Source of the DNA: Eledone cirrhosa
Taxonomy: Eukaryota
NCBI GenBank assembly: GCA_964016885.1
Contig: OZ024750.1
Coordinates: forward strand, 29,636,001-29,700,000
Length of the DNA stretch: 64,000 nucleotides
Reading direction: 5' to 3'
Shown: piece after piece, positions 51,615-64,000 of the stretch
Position numbering within the stretch: the first letter of the stretch is position 1
Layout of the letters: each line of letters starts with the position of its first letter
Translations under genes and position numbers: made by a program
Notes under the pieces: generated by a model
What the model was told of the DNA's origin: nothing
What the model saw: the letters and a program-made list of their open reading frames with translations, nothing else
Databases searched by the model: none

Positions 51615-52145
51615 TACCAGAGATCTACCAACGGTAGGCATTACACACACACACACATACATACACACATATATACATACATATATACCAGAGATCTACC
51701 AACGGTAGACATTACAGACACACACACAAACCAGAGATCTACCAAAGGTAGACATGACATATAGACCCCCCATCAAAAAAAAAAAAGTCTACCAGAAATC
51801 TACCAAAAGTTTCCCAGAGATCTACCCGAGATTTACTACTAGTGATCTCGTCTACCAGAGTACTCCTGGAGATCTACTAGAGATCTTCTACTATGTCTAC
51901 CAGATGTCTGTTACTAGAGGTCTACTAGAGATCGTCTACCAGATGTCTTCCAGAGATCTACTAGAGTTCTTCTACCAGAGATCTTCTACTATATGTCTAC
52001 CAGATGTCTGCTACTAGAGGTCTATTAGAGATCGTCTACCAGATGTCTTCCAGAGATCTACTAGAGATCTTCTACCAGATGCCTACCAGAGATCTTCTAC
52101 CAGATGTCTACTAGAGATGTTCTACCTGAGATCCACCTGAGCTCT
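51615..52145. repeat. Degenerate CCAGAGATCTA short-period repeat
   Basis: Direct reading. Confidence 0.85.
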
Positions 52146-52327
52146 ACACTCATGTCAATTTCCCCACCAAACGACCCTAAAACAGATTTCACCCAGATTT
52201 CACCCTCTACAAAGCTCAATATAACAGAATATTGCTTACATACCTAGGACTTTTATTTATTGTTATTAAATAAATTTGAAGAAGGAAGAATAAAAACAGA
52301 AATATGAATTATAAATATTCAAAATGT

Positions 52328-52590
52328 TGTGAAGGTGTGTGACCTAGTAGATAGGATATTGTGTGCTTGTGATCGATGGGTTCGTGGTCGTGGGTTCGAT
52401 TTCAGGACGATGTGGTTCGTTGTATCCTTGAGCAAGTCTCTTCATTTCACGTTACTCCAGTCTACTCAATCGAACAAAATTAGTACTAGTAGCTTGAGGG
52501 TTAACCCTGTCCCAGACCGGTCTCCGTCTGGTATTCTGTCACTTAACGCCAAAGAAATTGAGATAAGACGCGACATGTTGAGCTTCTAGG
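52328..52590 (+). mobile_element. Family B SINE (diverged)
   Basis: GAAGGTGTGTGACCTAGT, GGTTCGATTTC, GTTGTATCCTTGAGCAAG. Confidence 0.7.
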
Positions 52591-53134
52591 TTTGGGATTG
52601 AAGAGACTCTAACTTTTAATACATATATATTTCCGGTCTTTGTAAACGACATATTTAAAAAATTGACGTGTTAGTGCTAATATTTATATATAAATATTTA
52701 TGTCCATAAAGGTAACATCCTGGTGTAAGAAGTAAGCTCTCGGAAAGTTAAGTCTACGAGCTGGATTCAATCTTCATTGATGTTAATCTATTAAACTTAT
52801 ATCACTAATGAACTTAAGAAAAACATGAACGCCGCCCACATAATTAATCATTTCCCGTTTCTATGGTCCCTAAGTAAAAAATCATCTTTAAAGCCAGATT
52901 AGTCTAAACTAGTGAGCCGGAAGATTTCGACACTTTGCAGGTGTGAACTCAATTATCGCCCATGTTGAATCTTGTTAATTATTCATCTGGTGTTGATTAT
53001 AAACTAATAAATGCTATAACGGAGATGGTTTAATCGATTATACACGATAGCTACCACCTCTAAGGTGAGGGCCTGTATCTTGGCTAGAGGAAACCGGTGA
53101 CGTAGGGCAGACATACACCAGAAAATATTATTAA

Positions 53135-53345
53135 TCATTCGGTAGATCGTCAGACACCATGCTTTGCAGCATAGAGTTACGGCCATTTACGGTCTGAGTT
53201 CATATCCCGCCGAGGTTAAGCTTTGCCTTTCATCCTTACAGGGTCGATCGATAAAATAGAGTACCAGTCACGCACTGAGGTCGATTTGATCGACTTTCCC
53301 CCCTCTTCCAAAATTGCTAGCCTTGTACCTAAATCAGAAACCATA
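53135..53345 (+). mobile_element. SINE family A
   Basis: Head, B-box, central domain and tail recognisable. Confidence 0.85.
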
Positions 53346-53786
53346 AGTAATCATTGGTGGTGGACGTCACGGATGGAATGTCTCAGGTAGCCTAAGTTAA
53401 GCTAAGCTAAGCTGTGTCGTCCTTAAAACAGCATTGTTTACACCACTAATTCTTTAGGAATAACACCTTTCCCTTTTGACTCTGGAGAGGAGGAGAGATT
53501 TTGAGGTAGGGCCGCACAATAACAAAACTAAAGGTTGTAGGGTAATGAAATACTTTTCTGTGTCTACCTTTCCCTTTTGACTCTTGTGTCTTCTGATAAC
53601 TAGACGTGGCCGATATATAAAAGTACGTAGAAAAACAACAACAGCAGCAGCAACAACAATGACAAATATATGTCAACAAAAACAATATATATTCATAATG
53701 ATACATTTCTTATTTAATTAATAGAACATCAGAATAATGAGAAAACAGTACATACATTTAAAGGTGGGTGTCTATATGTACACACT

Positions 53787-53820
<34 letters not shown>

Positions 53821-54036
53821 TATATATATATATATTTGTATACGTGTATGGTAATCCATCGTTATATCGATAAATGGTCGGATGCCCTTGAGATGTAAAT
53901 TATCTTTAGTCGAATCCACACATCTGACGAACATACCCCACCGTCCACACTCCACACTCTCAAGCGTGAAACTAATATTAATATCATTTGTACTGCCTCT
54001 TCGTTTTTCTGTTTTTCGTTCTCTGTTTATTTATTA

Positions 54037-54069
<33 letters not shown>

Positions 54070-54075
<6 letters not shown>

Positions 54076-54237
54076 TTTCTACTTTTGGCACAAGGCCAGC
54101 TATTACCCCAGTGTATTACTGGTACTTTACTTTATCGACTCCGTAAGGATTAAAGGCAAAGTTAACCTCGGCGGGATTTGAACTCAATGCGTCAAAGCAT
54201 GGCGTCCGACCCTCTACCGATACTGCCACTCCACTGC

Positions 54238-54303
<66 letters not shown>

Positions 54304-54385
54304 GTTTCTACTTTAGGCACAAGGCCAGCAATAACCCAGTGCATTACTGGTACTTTATTTTATCGACCTCGTAAGAATGAAAGGC
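54070..54385 (-). mobile_element. Two family A SINE copies separated by (TA)n
   Basis: 54070-54240 and a truncated copy at 54300-54385. Confidence 0.8.
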
Positions 54386-54571
54386 ATATATATATTATAT
54401 ATACATTATATATATATTATATATATATTATATATATATATATTATATATATTATATATATATATATATATTATATATATAATATATATATATATTATAT
54501 GTTATATATATATATATATATTATATATATATATATTATATATATATATATATATTATATATATATATATA

Positions 54572-55389
54572 TCTATATATATAAAACTGTGGTTGTCTGT
54601 CTGTCTATCGATTTTTGGCACACATCTCCTCTTAGAATCTCTCCCGGAATTGCACCGAAATTGCTATACTTGTACATTGAGCCCTAGCGAAGACATCGGA
54701 AAAAAATATTTCAAATTGACCCACCCTATGTGACGAAATCGAATATAATGTAACGATTTTTGAGCGTAAGTTATCAGTTATTTCCCTTTGTTCTGTTTAC
54801 ATTGAGCGTCTTACGTAAAAAATTACGCTGGCTTTCTCAGCGTTTAAAATGACATTAACACAATACACGAACAGACAGTTGTCGAGCCAGCAAAATATTG
54901 ACCTGCAAAATTCATCAGTTCGAACACTAAGCTTCCGTTTTGCTTCATTTCCATTTAAAAGCATTTTAAAACAATATTTTTACTTGAAAACAAGTCTATT
55001 TAAAGACTACGTAAAACAAGCAAATATTTCAGGCGTGCAGACAGACAGTCGTGCAGAGAGGTGATATAGGCGTGCAGACAGACATAACTGATAATTTGGT
55101 TACGCTAATGTTTTTCTCTGCGTTGCAGTGTTTACATTTTCGATCTTTGTTAATAAATAACCAGTGCAGTTTCTATCCCCAGCATCCTCTTTTGTTATAA
55201 CATTCGGGTTATCGTTATGTTTTCTTAACTTCATAAGGCATATTGTTGGTTGAGGGAATATTAATCAAAAACACCACATGCAAGTCTGCACAGTAGACAC
55301 TACAGGTTTTAAGCCAAGAAAGAAACTTAACATTGTAACTTTAACACAGCTACTGAGCGACCCCGAGCAACGCCGGGCTTTACTGCTAG
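54572..55389 (+). mobile_element. Non-autonomous Helitron
   Basis: 5' A|TCTATATATATAAAA; 3' hairpin CCCG-AGCAACGC-CGGG then CTAG|T; no TSD, inserted between A and T. Confidence 0.85.
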
Positions 55390-55401
55390 TATTATATATA
55401 T

Positions 55402-55855
55402 GGAAAGTTATATTTAAATTGTTGGGTTACAACGAGTAAATATTTATAACTGATATAAAAGCACTCAACAAGTATTTGGAGTATATTTACGATATTAAAT
55501 AAATGGAAATTATATTTATAAAACCATATTTATTTCATTATATATATTTCAGGGATGACATATTAAAAATATGTTATGCCTTCTTCAGACAAAATACAAT
55601 ATAAACAGTCTTATAAATAAATAGATTCGACATACCTTTCAACTTCGACTTGCATTTGAAAAGTTGATTTGATCAACTTTTCAAATGCAAGTCGAAGTTG
55701 AAAGGTATGTCGAATCTATTTATTTATTTATAAGACTGTTTATATTGTATTTTGTCTGAAGAAGGCATAACATATTTTTAATATGTCATCCCCGAAATAT
55801 ATATAATGAAATAAATATGGTTTTAAAATATAATTTCCATTTATTTAATATCGTA
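55402..55855 (-). mobile_element. Foldback element with about 180-bp arms and two hammerheads
   Basis: Apex at about 55670; minus HHR 55531-55596 (CUGAAGA 55588-82); plus HHR 55748-55813 (CUGAAGA 55756-62, GAAA 55794-97); tail GAGTGC (-) at 55461. Confidence 0.9.
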
Positions 55856-55890
55856 TATATTATATATATATATATTATATATATATATAT

Positions 55891-56246
<356 letters not shown>

Positions 56247-56247
<1 letters not shown>

Positions 56248-56423
56248 GTTATTCCGGGTTGAATCAGAGGTAACCACAGTAAGTAAGGTACTCAATACAT
56301 AGCAGAGTATAAAAGTTTTAATATAGATGAGATTCTACAGGACTAGGACTGTTTCATTCTTTAGAAATTCCTGATGATTTCTAAAGAATGAAACAGTTCT
56401 AGTCCTGTAGAATCTCATCTATC

Positions 56424-56425
<2 letters not shown>
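56247..56425 (-). mobile_element. Family C foldback element with a plus hammerhead at 56367-56413
   Basis: AUUC CUGAUGA(56371-77) U UUC UAAA GAA U GAA ACAG UUCUAGUC CUGU A/GAAU. Confidence 0.75.
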
Positions 56426-56455
<30 letters not shown>

Positions 56456-56924
56456 AGAATGTAGTACAGCACAATCGAAGCTCTGGTTGTGGGCAAGCTA
56501 ACGAATGCTGTCGGGAAGTGCAGCCAAAAGCACTCAGTAAGGAATTTTACCTTAGAGTTATCACATTACGTTGAGACAGCTATGCAAATTGAAGCCAGCG
56601 ACCGAAAAGCGAGCCGCTAGGACCAGAACAACGAAAAAACCGACTCAGAGAAAAGGTTGGGGGGGTCAGCTTGTACATCAGGCCACGGGGGGGGGGGGGG
56701 GGTTATCTAATAATGCTTAATTTCAAAGAACTCCTCATCTGCTCTCCCACACCAACTCCATCACACCTGAGGCCTGAAAATCCGTCTTGTTCTGACTTGC
56801 AATAGTTTGTTGTCACTGCTGCTGATATTATTAGTGCTGCTGGTGTTGTTACTGTCTTACTGTCACTGCTGCTGATATTGTTAGTGCTGCTGATGTTGTT
56901 ACTGTCACTGCTGCTGATATTATG

Positions 56925-57105
56925 GCAGTATCAGTAGAGGGTCGGAGGCCATGCTTTGACGCAAAGAGTTACGTACCTTTACGGTCTGAGTTCAAATCCC
57001 GCCGAGGTTAACTTTGCCTTTCATCCTTACGGGGTCGATAAAATAAAGTACCAGTAATGTACTGAGTGATTTGCTGGCCTTGTGCCAAAAATAGAAGCAA
57101 TTATT
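56925..57105 (+). mobile_element. SINE family A
   Basis: GGCAGTATCAGTAGAG, GAGTTCAAATCCCGCC, central domain, tail. Confidence 0.88.
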
Positions 57106-58164
57106 AGTGCTGCTGATGTTATTACTGTCACTGATGCTTGTGCTGTTGTTGTTACTGCAACTGTGGTTGTTGTTGTCGATGTTATTGCTGGTGGTGATGT
57201 TGTTACTGTTTCTGCTGCTGTCATTACTGCTGCTGCTACCACCGGCTGCTGCTGCTGCTGCTGCTGTTGTTGCTGGTGGTGGTGTCGACAGGAAATTAGA
57301 AACGACTGGCATTAATTTCTCGAAGCATCTTTCTTCTCTCTCTGTTTGGTGTCGGCGGCACGTGTACCTCGGTGAAATCTCACTCAGCCAAAACAAATGA
57401 ATGAGAGGAAACACAGCACGCCAGCAGCTGAACGATTTAGGGGTACGGATGAGGTGGAGGTCGGTGTGGGATGAGGGTGAAGTGGGGGGGGGGGGGATAG
57501 CTGTGCGGGTAAAAAGCAGAATATCGTTTTTTTTATTTATTTTTTTTTTTTTAAGCAACCGGATGTGGTCGGTTGTCCAGCTGTCAGAGGCTGAAGAGAG
57601 ATAAGAATGTCGCTAGCACCGATTACTTCCTCCATCTCACTGGCATCGTAATCAGAAGGATCACACTTTTAAGTGTGCCCTTCTTTCTTTCTTCACGTTC
57701 TTTCTTTCTTCCTTCATTTCTTCATGAAACTCACCAGTTCTTGAAATATTTAAACGATACGGATAAGAAACCTCACTAAGGCTAAAGCAACGTTTTTAGT
57801 AAAACACACACACACTTACACACACACACTTACACATACACACACACTTACACATACACACGCTCATACACACACACTCACCCGCGTACACACACTCATA
57901 CATACGCACACATTTACACATACACACTCAAATACACATACTCATACACACACATTCACCCGCGTACATACACTCACACACACACTCATACATACACACA
58001 CATTCATACATACACATACATACTCACACACACACACACTTACACATATACACCCACACACAAACTCACACACACACACACATGTTCTCGCTTAGTGTGG
58101 TCAATATCGTTTAAAAAGAAATGTAGATGTTTCTCCGATAAGTTTGTGGTTGAGCCTGTAGCAG

Positions 58165-58420
58165 TAAGGACTTCCGGAGTTATTGAACTTCCGGAGTTGT
58201 TGGATTTCCGGAGTTGTTGGACCCCGGACCACATCCCTAGTCGCTGCTATCGGGACGGAGTTGGCTACCACGCAGGAGTGAGGGCCGCCAGCTGGAATGT
58301 CTATTCCAACATGACTCCCTCGCCATCCCCTTGAGCAATGTTTCCTTCATTCTGTCTGCTGGGAGCACGAGGCGGCCTACGCATGGGCTCAACCCCACAA
58401 CAGAGAATGCTTCCCCCCTC
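58165..58420 (-). mobile_element. GC-rich dispersed element homologous to 5810-6030
   Basis: Shared blocks as listed for 5810-6030. Confidence 0.55.
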
Positions 58421-59501
58421 ATGTCCAGGCCCGCATCACTAGGGTAGCGATGCTAAGTTGTACTGTTATTTGTACACTATGTCACTCAACGTAATCGTTA
58501 GAAAACTGCCATGGCGTGAGTGTCCGTCAGTTCCAACGACGAGTGTTTTAGTTGTTCGAACAGCAGAACAGCCTGCTTAGGGAGTTGACTAGCAAGTAAT
58601 TGAGCCTTCCATAGACACGTGTACCCTTAACGGAATTTTCATGGAGATTCGGTGTGACAGAGTGTATGACTAGACATGTCTTTTGATTTTACATGTACAA
58701 TCCCTTTCTGCTGGACAAAGACAAATTTTACAGGGCAAACCATCCGGCAGGAGACGCAGAGGAAGACCCCGAGCAAGAAGATAACGGTTGGATAACGTCC
58801 ATGAGCTCGGCTGGTATCGATTGGGGATCAAGCCAGATCAATTGGAGACGATTGCTTCCTACAAAGAGGACTCTCTGGACGCTGTGTTTAAGGACTCTGT
58901 CTCGACGACCCTTCGAAAAAGAAGAGAAAGAGCTCCCTTTTGGCATCTGAGTGGACTAGAGCAACTTAAATAAAGGGTTTTTCTCAAAGACACAACACAC
59001 CGCCTTACGATCCTCAGACATGTATTAACCCATACATAAATTCTATGTATTTGGCACTGATTACTTTCAGCTATTTGAAATAGATTTTACATTTCACATT
59101 TAAACTGAGTGGAGGCCTACATTTCACACCTGGTCAGGACTTAACAGCTTTGTAGGGGCCAGTATTTATTTGTGTTTAATTGTTGATGTTTGTGTGTGTG
59201 TGTGTGTGGCTGTATGTGAAAGAGATGTGTGTGTGTGTCAAAGAGCGAGAGGAGGAGTGAAAGATGGGGTTAAAGAGGGAATGAAAGAGTCTGAGAGAAG
59301 AGAGAGAGGACGTGTGTGTGTGTGTGTGTGCGTGTGTGTGTGTCAGAGAGATAGGGTGAGTGTGTCAAAGACAGAGATAGAGGATATGTATGTGGACGAG
59401 GCTATCAAATATCCATATAATTTGATGAGACAAGACATTCTAGAATGTTCCTCGCTTTAGAAATTGGTCGGTGTATGATTGATACGGCATTGATACACCA
59501 G

Positions 59502-59609
<108 letters not shown>

Positions 59610-60003
59610 TCACACATTCACCGGTACATCAACTATATAATTATTTAGACATATACATACATAGTGCAAATTTGGACGGGAACGAAACAGAGAGGCAGGC
59701 ACATACATACATATATACATACATACTTACACACACATATATACATACACACACATACATATATACATGCATACATCATACACATACATGCATACATACA
59801 CGCATACATACACATTCATACATATATATATATACCAGTTCACAATTAATGAAAAAAACCTATGATAAAACCTCATTCCAGGTGTGTTCATTCTATGTAT
59901 GTATGTAGGTATGTATGTATGTATGTATGTAGGTATGTATGTATGTTCTTCTGGTTTTATAATTTCGTATGTATGTATGTATGTATGTATGTGTATGTAT
60001 TGT

Positions 60004-60390
60004 AAGGCAGAATTCTAGGAGAAGGAAAACTTTGATATAACACCTGCAACCCTGATGGTATCCAATGATGTTGACTTGTTCTTCTTTTTGGTAAATATCA
60101 TCTTGGTTAAGAGAGTGGGACTGGCTTTGTGCAGTGCCTTTGCTCACTATAAAAGCTTCACGGCACAGGCATTGCTTTATATCTGGAGATCTCTCTGCAC
60201 TTGTCGTTACATGGTACCATGGGCCCAGCACTATGTGTCAATAATTATCACAAGTGTAGCGTTTGTACCAGAGTTTTCAAGTAGCTGGCTGAACTAAAAA
60301 GTCACACTCATTCAGCGCATCAGTAGGGGTTCTCCTACATGGATATAAAGTAGTGGCCGGTACTCGAAAACGAGTTGGCAGCCACCATGT
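60004..60390 (+). mobile_element. Non-autonomous retroelement with (ATGT)n tail inside an (ATGT)n tract
   Basis: Near-identical to the reverse complement of 16311-16700; GTATGTTCT..GGTTTTATAATTTC occurs on both sides. Confidence 0.8.
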
Positions 60391-60849
60391 ATGTATGTAT
60401 GTATGTATGTATGTATGTATGTATGTTCTGGTTTTATAATTTCACAAATGTTTGCCAATAGAGAGAGAGAGAGAGAGTCGGTTTCTAACATAGTTACAAG
60501 ACTCTCTCATTGGAATTTACACAACATCAACTAAGTAGATATGTATGTCTGCTTGCATGCATGTGAGTGCAGGTATGGATGTTATTGTATGTGTGGATGT
60601 GGATGTTTTTAGTTATATATGTGCATGTGCATATGTTTTGTATCTGTACATGTGTATATGCAGTTATTAGATGCAGAATTTTTGGAATGTTTTACATATT
60701 TTTACTGTTCCATTAATAGATTGTACTTGTAATTTCCTAACTAGTCGTGTTCTTTCTTTTTGTTTCCGTGAAGCCCAGCTTCTCAAGATTTGTATTAAGG
60801 CAGTTACTAACATATCTCAGTGCCCCAATAAACACAGGTATATATCTGA

Positions 60850-61040
60850 AGGTACATGGGTTCGATCTTTCTCTTCTGTCTTTGATCAGAAGTTTCCTGT
60901 GAGATCATACCCTCACAACACTTCCTGATGGAACTCCTGCTGACCTCACACACTATCACGTATGGTGTGCCCCAGGGTTAAGTTATGTCCCCCCCCCCCA
61001 TACACTTCTTCATCTATATCAACGACGTACTTGCTGTCAC
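60850..61040 (+). pseudogene. CR1/L2/Jockey-group LINE reverse transcriptase fragment
   Basis: TITYGVPQG*VMSPPPIHFFIYINDV resembles GVPQGSVLxPxLFxIYINDL; upstream WVRSF. Confidence 0.75.
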
Positions 61041-62161
61041 CTATAAAGGCATTCACTTTTCAAAATTCCCCAAATTCCATAGTCATTCGCGACTGAGGGG
61101 GCTTTTTACCCTTACTCACATCACATTGGTAACTTCGCAGCTACCTCAAACTGTTTCACTTGGGATCAAACTAATATCCTTGAAACACACATTGATCCAA
61201 TCCCTACACCCAGAGCCATATCTACGGTATGGCAAGCATGTCATAAATTATTCGACCTCCATAGGTAAAAATACAGTGCTGGGAACTACATGATCACAGA
61301 GGCATATCTCAAAGTATGTCTTGTCAAATATTTTAATAGGGTCTAATATTTGTTGAAGATCAGTATTACACAGATCATTCCCTTTAAATACACTAACACT
61401 TTTGCCAATACTTTACATATACTTAAGCGTAAAGGATACCTGTAGAACAAATGAAAATGCAGTTTAATACTCTAAACCCTCATTTATTTAAACTGTGATG
61501 TCAATCTCATTGTTTAACTACTATATAGCTTGCTACATGGTCAGGGGCGCAGTTTCAATTTTTGCCATAGGCGCTATTTTCCCTTGTTACACCTCTGCTT
61601 ATACCTATCGAGAAAAACTAATTATGAGCAGCTTGTAATTAGGAACCCCCTAAACCAAGCTCTTTACAAATGATAGGCCACACCACCATTAAGGATTTCA
61701 TCTGGAAAACATAGTGCCTCGGTGTGAGTTGTCTTGGTTGCATTTGGGGTGACACCTGGGTACAGATGGTTGGGGGAGAAATGAAGGGTTGGTATAATTT
61801 ACGCTAAAATAGACGTTGTAGGGGGTAATGTCATGTAGGGTGAGAATGGGGTGGAGCATGCCATTGGTGGAGTGAGGGTGGAGGAGGCCATTGGTAAAGT
61901 GGGGGTGAGAAGGGCGGGGACTAAACTGGACGTTGAACAACCCCAGAGTTGACTGAGGGTGAGTTAGAGAAATCACCAACAGTACACTCCGTATGGTAGG
62001 GTCTGATAGAAAGTCACTCTGATCCAAAACGCGAGACAGACAGGTGGGGGTGGGAGGTTACCATAGTCAAACAGTTTTAGCGGGAGATTCGCGTCCCTGA
62101 TACGGTTGAACGCTTCGGTGATATTGAGGACAACAGTTTTCGCCAGATTTCACGAGTGCAA

Positions 62162-62271
<110 letters not shown>

Positions 62272-62574
62272 TGTGTGTACACCATGGAGATACACAGTCT
62301 CCGCGAGAAACTTTTAGACTATAGAAAAGGACTTGCTTTTGGCTCCCAAAACTGAAAAAGGGGTTGAAAAGTTTTTGTTATGAAGACATTTATCGGTTTT
62401 CCAGACCCCTGATTTTTATATAGATTGAAGCTCTCTCTTATAGACTGTGGTGTGTGTGTGTGTGAGAGAGACAGGGAGAGAATCCTAAACGCAGATATTT
62501 ACTGTAACTGCAATAGATTGCAAAGAATAATAGTTTAGAAAATCGGGTAAAATACCCGTATCGACGAGGGGAAT

Positions 62575-62655
62575 GGCCTGCAGCACCTGCCAAGAATCGA
62601 ACTCTGTACCTCACGAATACCGTGTGAATACGTTCCCTTTACGCCAAGGGTTCGC
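62575..62655 (-). mobile_element. tRNA-like SINE head or tRNA pseudogene of a third type
   Basis: Minus: TGGCGTAAAGGG (A-box-like) ... GAGTTCGATTCTT (B-box-like). Confidence 0.45.
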
Positions 62656-62752
62656 TGAAAACTTCTTTCCGTCTATTTTTAGGATGCTATACTATACAAC
62701 TTGAGGCTTGAGTGTGTGTGTATGTATGTATATATATAATATATATATATAT

Positions 62753-63006
62753 GCCAAGACTGGAATTGAACCATCAGCACAGTTGAGGTATGTCATACAT
62801 CAATTTATATATTTTATCTGATGAGGGCGTACTGAGGAAACAGCACAGTACCTCCGAAATATATATAATAAAATATATTTTGATTAAGTGAATTTCTATA
62901 TTTATTAATATTTTGAATTAATATTAATAAATTTTTCTCTTGAGTGCTTCTAATCTATTGTAAAACTATATTCATTGATTAATCAATGAACCTTGTTTAA
63001 CTTTGG

Positions 63007-63008
<2 letters not shown>
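62753..63008 (+). mobile_element. Uninverted HHR element between (TA)n tracts; hammerhead at 62807-62878
   Basis: AUAUAUUUUAU CUGAUGA(62818-24) GGG C GUACUG..CAGUAC C UCC GAAA(62856-59) UAUAUA UA/AUAAAAUAUAU; 11-bp stem I; GAGTGC at 62942. Confidence 0.9.
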
Positions 63009-63064
<56 letters not shown>

Positions 63065-63167
63065 TATATATATATAATATATGTATATAGATAAATGAAA
63101 CAAATCAAAACGCACAAAGCAAAATTACACAGTTATATTAGATTCACGCTTGGAGGAAGTGGAGGGG

Positions 63168-63210
63168 GTTTCAACGTTTCGGACAGAAGTCCTTCAGGAA
63201 AGTTCAAATA
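63168..63210 (-). ncRNA. Degenerate minimal hammerhead (GAAACGUU type)
   Basis: UUUC CUGAA GGAC UUCU GUCC GAAA CG UU/GAAA; stem I and II intact, core shortened. Confidence 0.5.
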
Positions 63211-63492
63211 AGTGGTATGAGAAGGTTAAGAAAGGAAGTTAAGAAAAAAAGGTGGTTGGGAGGAGAAAGAATGATAGGAAGAGGTGGGTGAAATGTCTGG
63301 CATGGGGAGAGGGCTGTGTGGAAAGTACGAGGTTGTGTGTGAAGAAATTGGTAGATGTGCGTGGCCTCAGTCTATGTGTGGCAACGTGTGTGTCCCAGTG
63401 TGCACACTGATATGTGTATGTCTGTGAATTTGGGGCTTTTTTTCTCTGTGTGTGTGTATGAGGGACTTTTTCTGTAGTTCTATGCATGTGTA

Positions 63493-63525
<33 letters not shown>

Positions 63526-64000
63526 TATCACGTGTGTGTTGAATGAGTGAGTGTGTACATACACAGGTGTGTGTATAGGTGATTTTTTAATTGTTTCTAT
63601 TTATGTGAGTGTGTACGTATGTGTGTGTGTGTGTATGTCTGTGTTGTTGACTGTGTATTTTCTGTAGAGAGAAGCGTGTGCGTGTGTCCATAGGTGCGTA
63701 TATATATATATTTATATATGTAGAAATTTGTAACTTATTTTATTAATAATACGTATTTCTGTGGCTTTCATGATTACGCAATGCAGTCCACAGGCAACTA
63801 CCAACAGGACTTCATCAGGCAGCAACTTAAGTAATAACATTGTTATGTGACATTTCCATTCCAATATGGGCTAGAATATACATAAGGGGACGGGCTGTGA
63901 AAGAACAAACACGCTTTAGTCCCTCACACACACACACACACTCTCTCTCTCCCCTTCGGCACAGATGGTGTGCAGGGTTGAACGTGTTTAACTTACGTGA

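Noticed and set aside
53920-53980. CUGACGA upstream of sequence related to the 17017/63168 family
   Set aside because: No stem II can be formed
61698-62027. 109-aa minus-strand ORF in non-microsatellite DNA
   Set aside because: No recognisable motif or exon structure
63765-63825. Minus-strand CUGAUGA AGUCC..GGACU with a palindromic downstream segment
   Set aside because: GAAA replaced by GCA and stem I does not pair

Overview
AT-rich, microsatellite-saturated eukaryotic DNA with no protein-coding gene I can support; almost all listed ORFs are microsatellite or minisatellite read-through. The SINE set and repeat density suggest a cephalopod (octopus-like) intron or intergenic region, which is an inference. 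The window contains many tRNA-derived SINEs of at least two families, RTE- and CR1-like LINE fragments, hAT and Tc1/mariner MITEs, a non-autonomous Helitron, a pogo-like transposase relic and about ten minisatellite arrays. The main finding is a dense population of short (100-450 bp) non-coding elements sitting in (TA)n tracts, usually as hairpin/foldback palindromes, that carry type I hammerhead ribozymes (HHR). I find about 14 motifs with an intact or compensated catalytic core plus about 10 degenerate or half motifs, in at least 8 sequence families. They share a palindromic stem III and a GAGTGC/GAGTAC tail motif, one group has an upstream GTATGT donor-like motif, and fold-back points often lie at or inside the ribozyme. 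The architecture matches Penelope-like element pseudo-LTR derivatives or retrozyme-like elements. Several minisatellites can be traced to pieces of retroelements (RTE ORF2 C-terminus, RTE 3' tail, SINE tRNA head). All structures were folded by eye and element boundaries are approximate.
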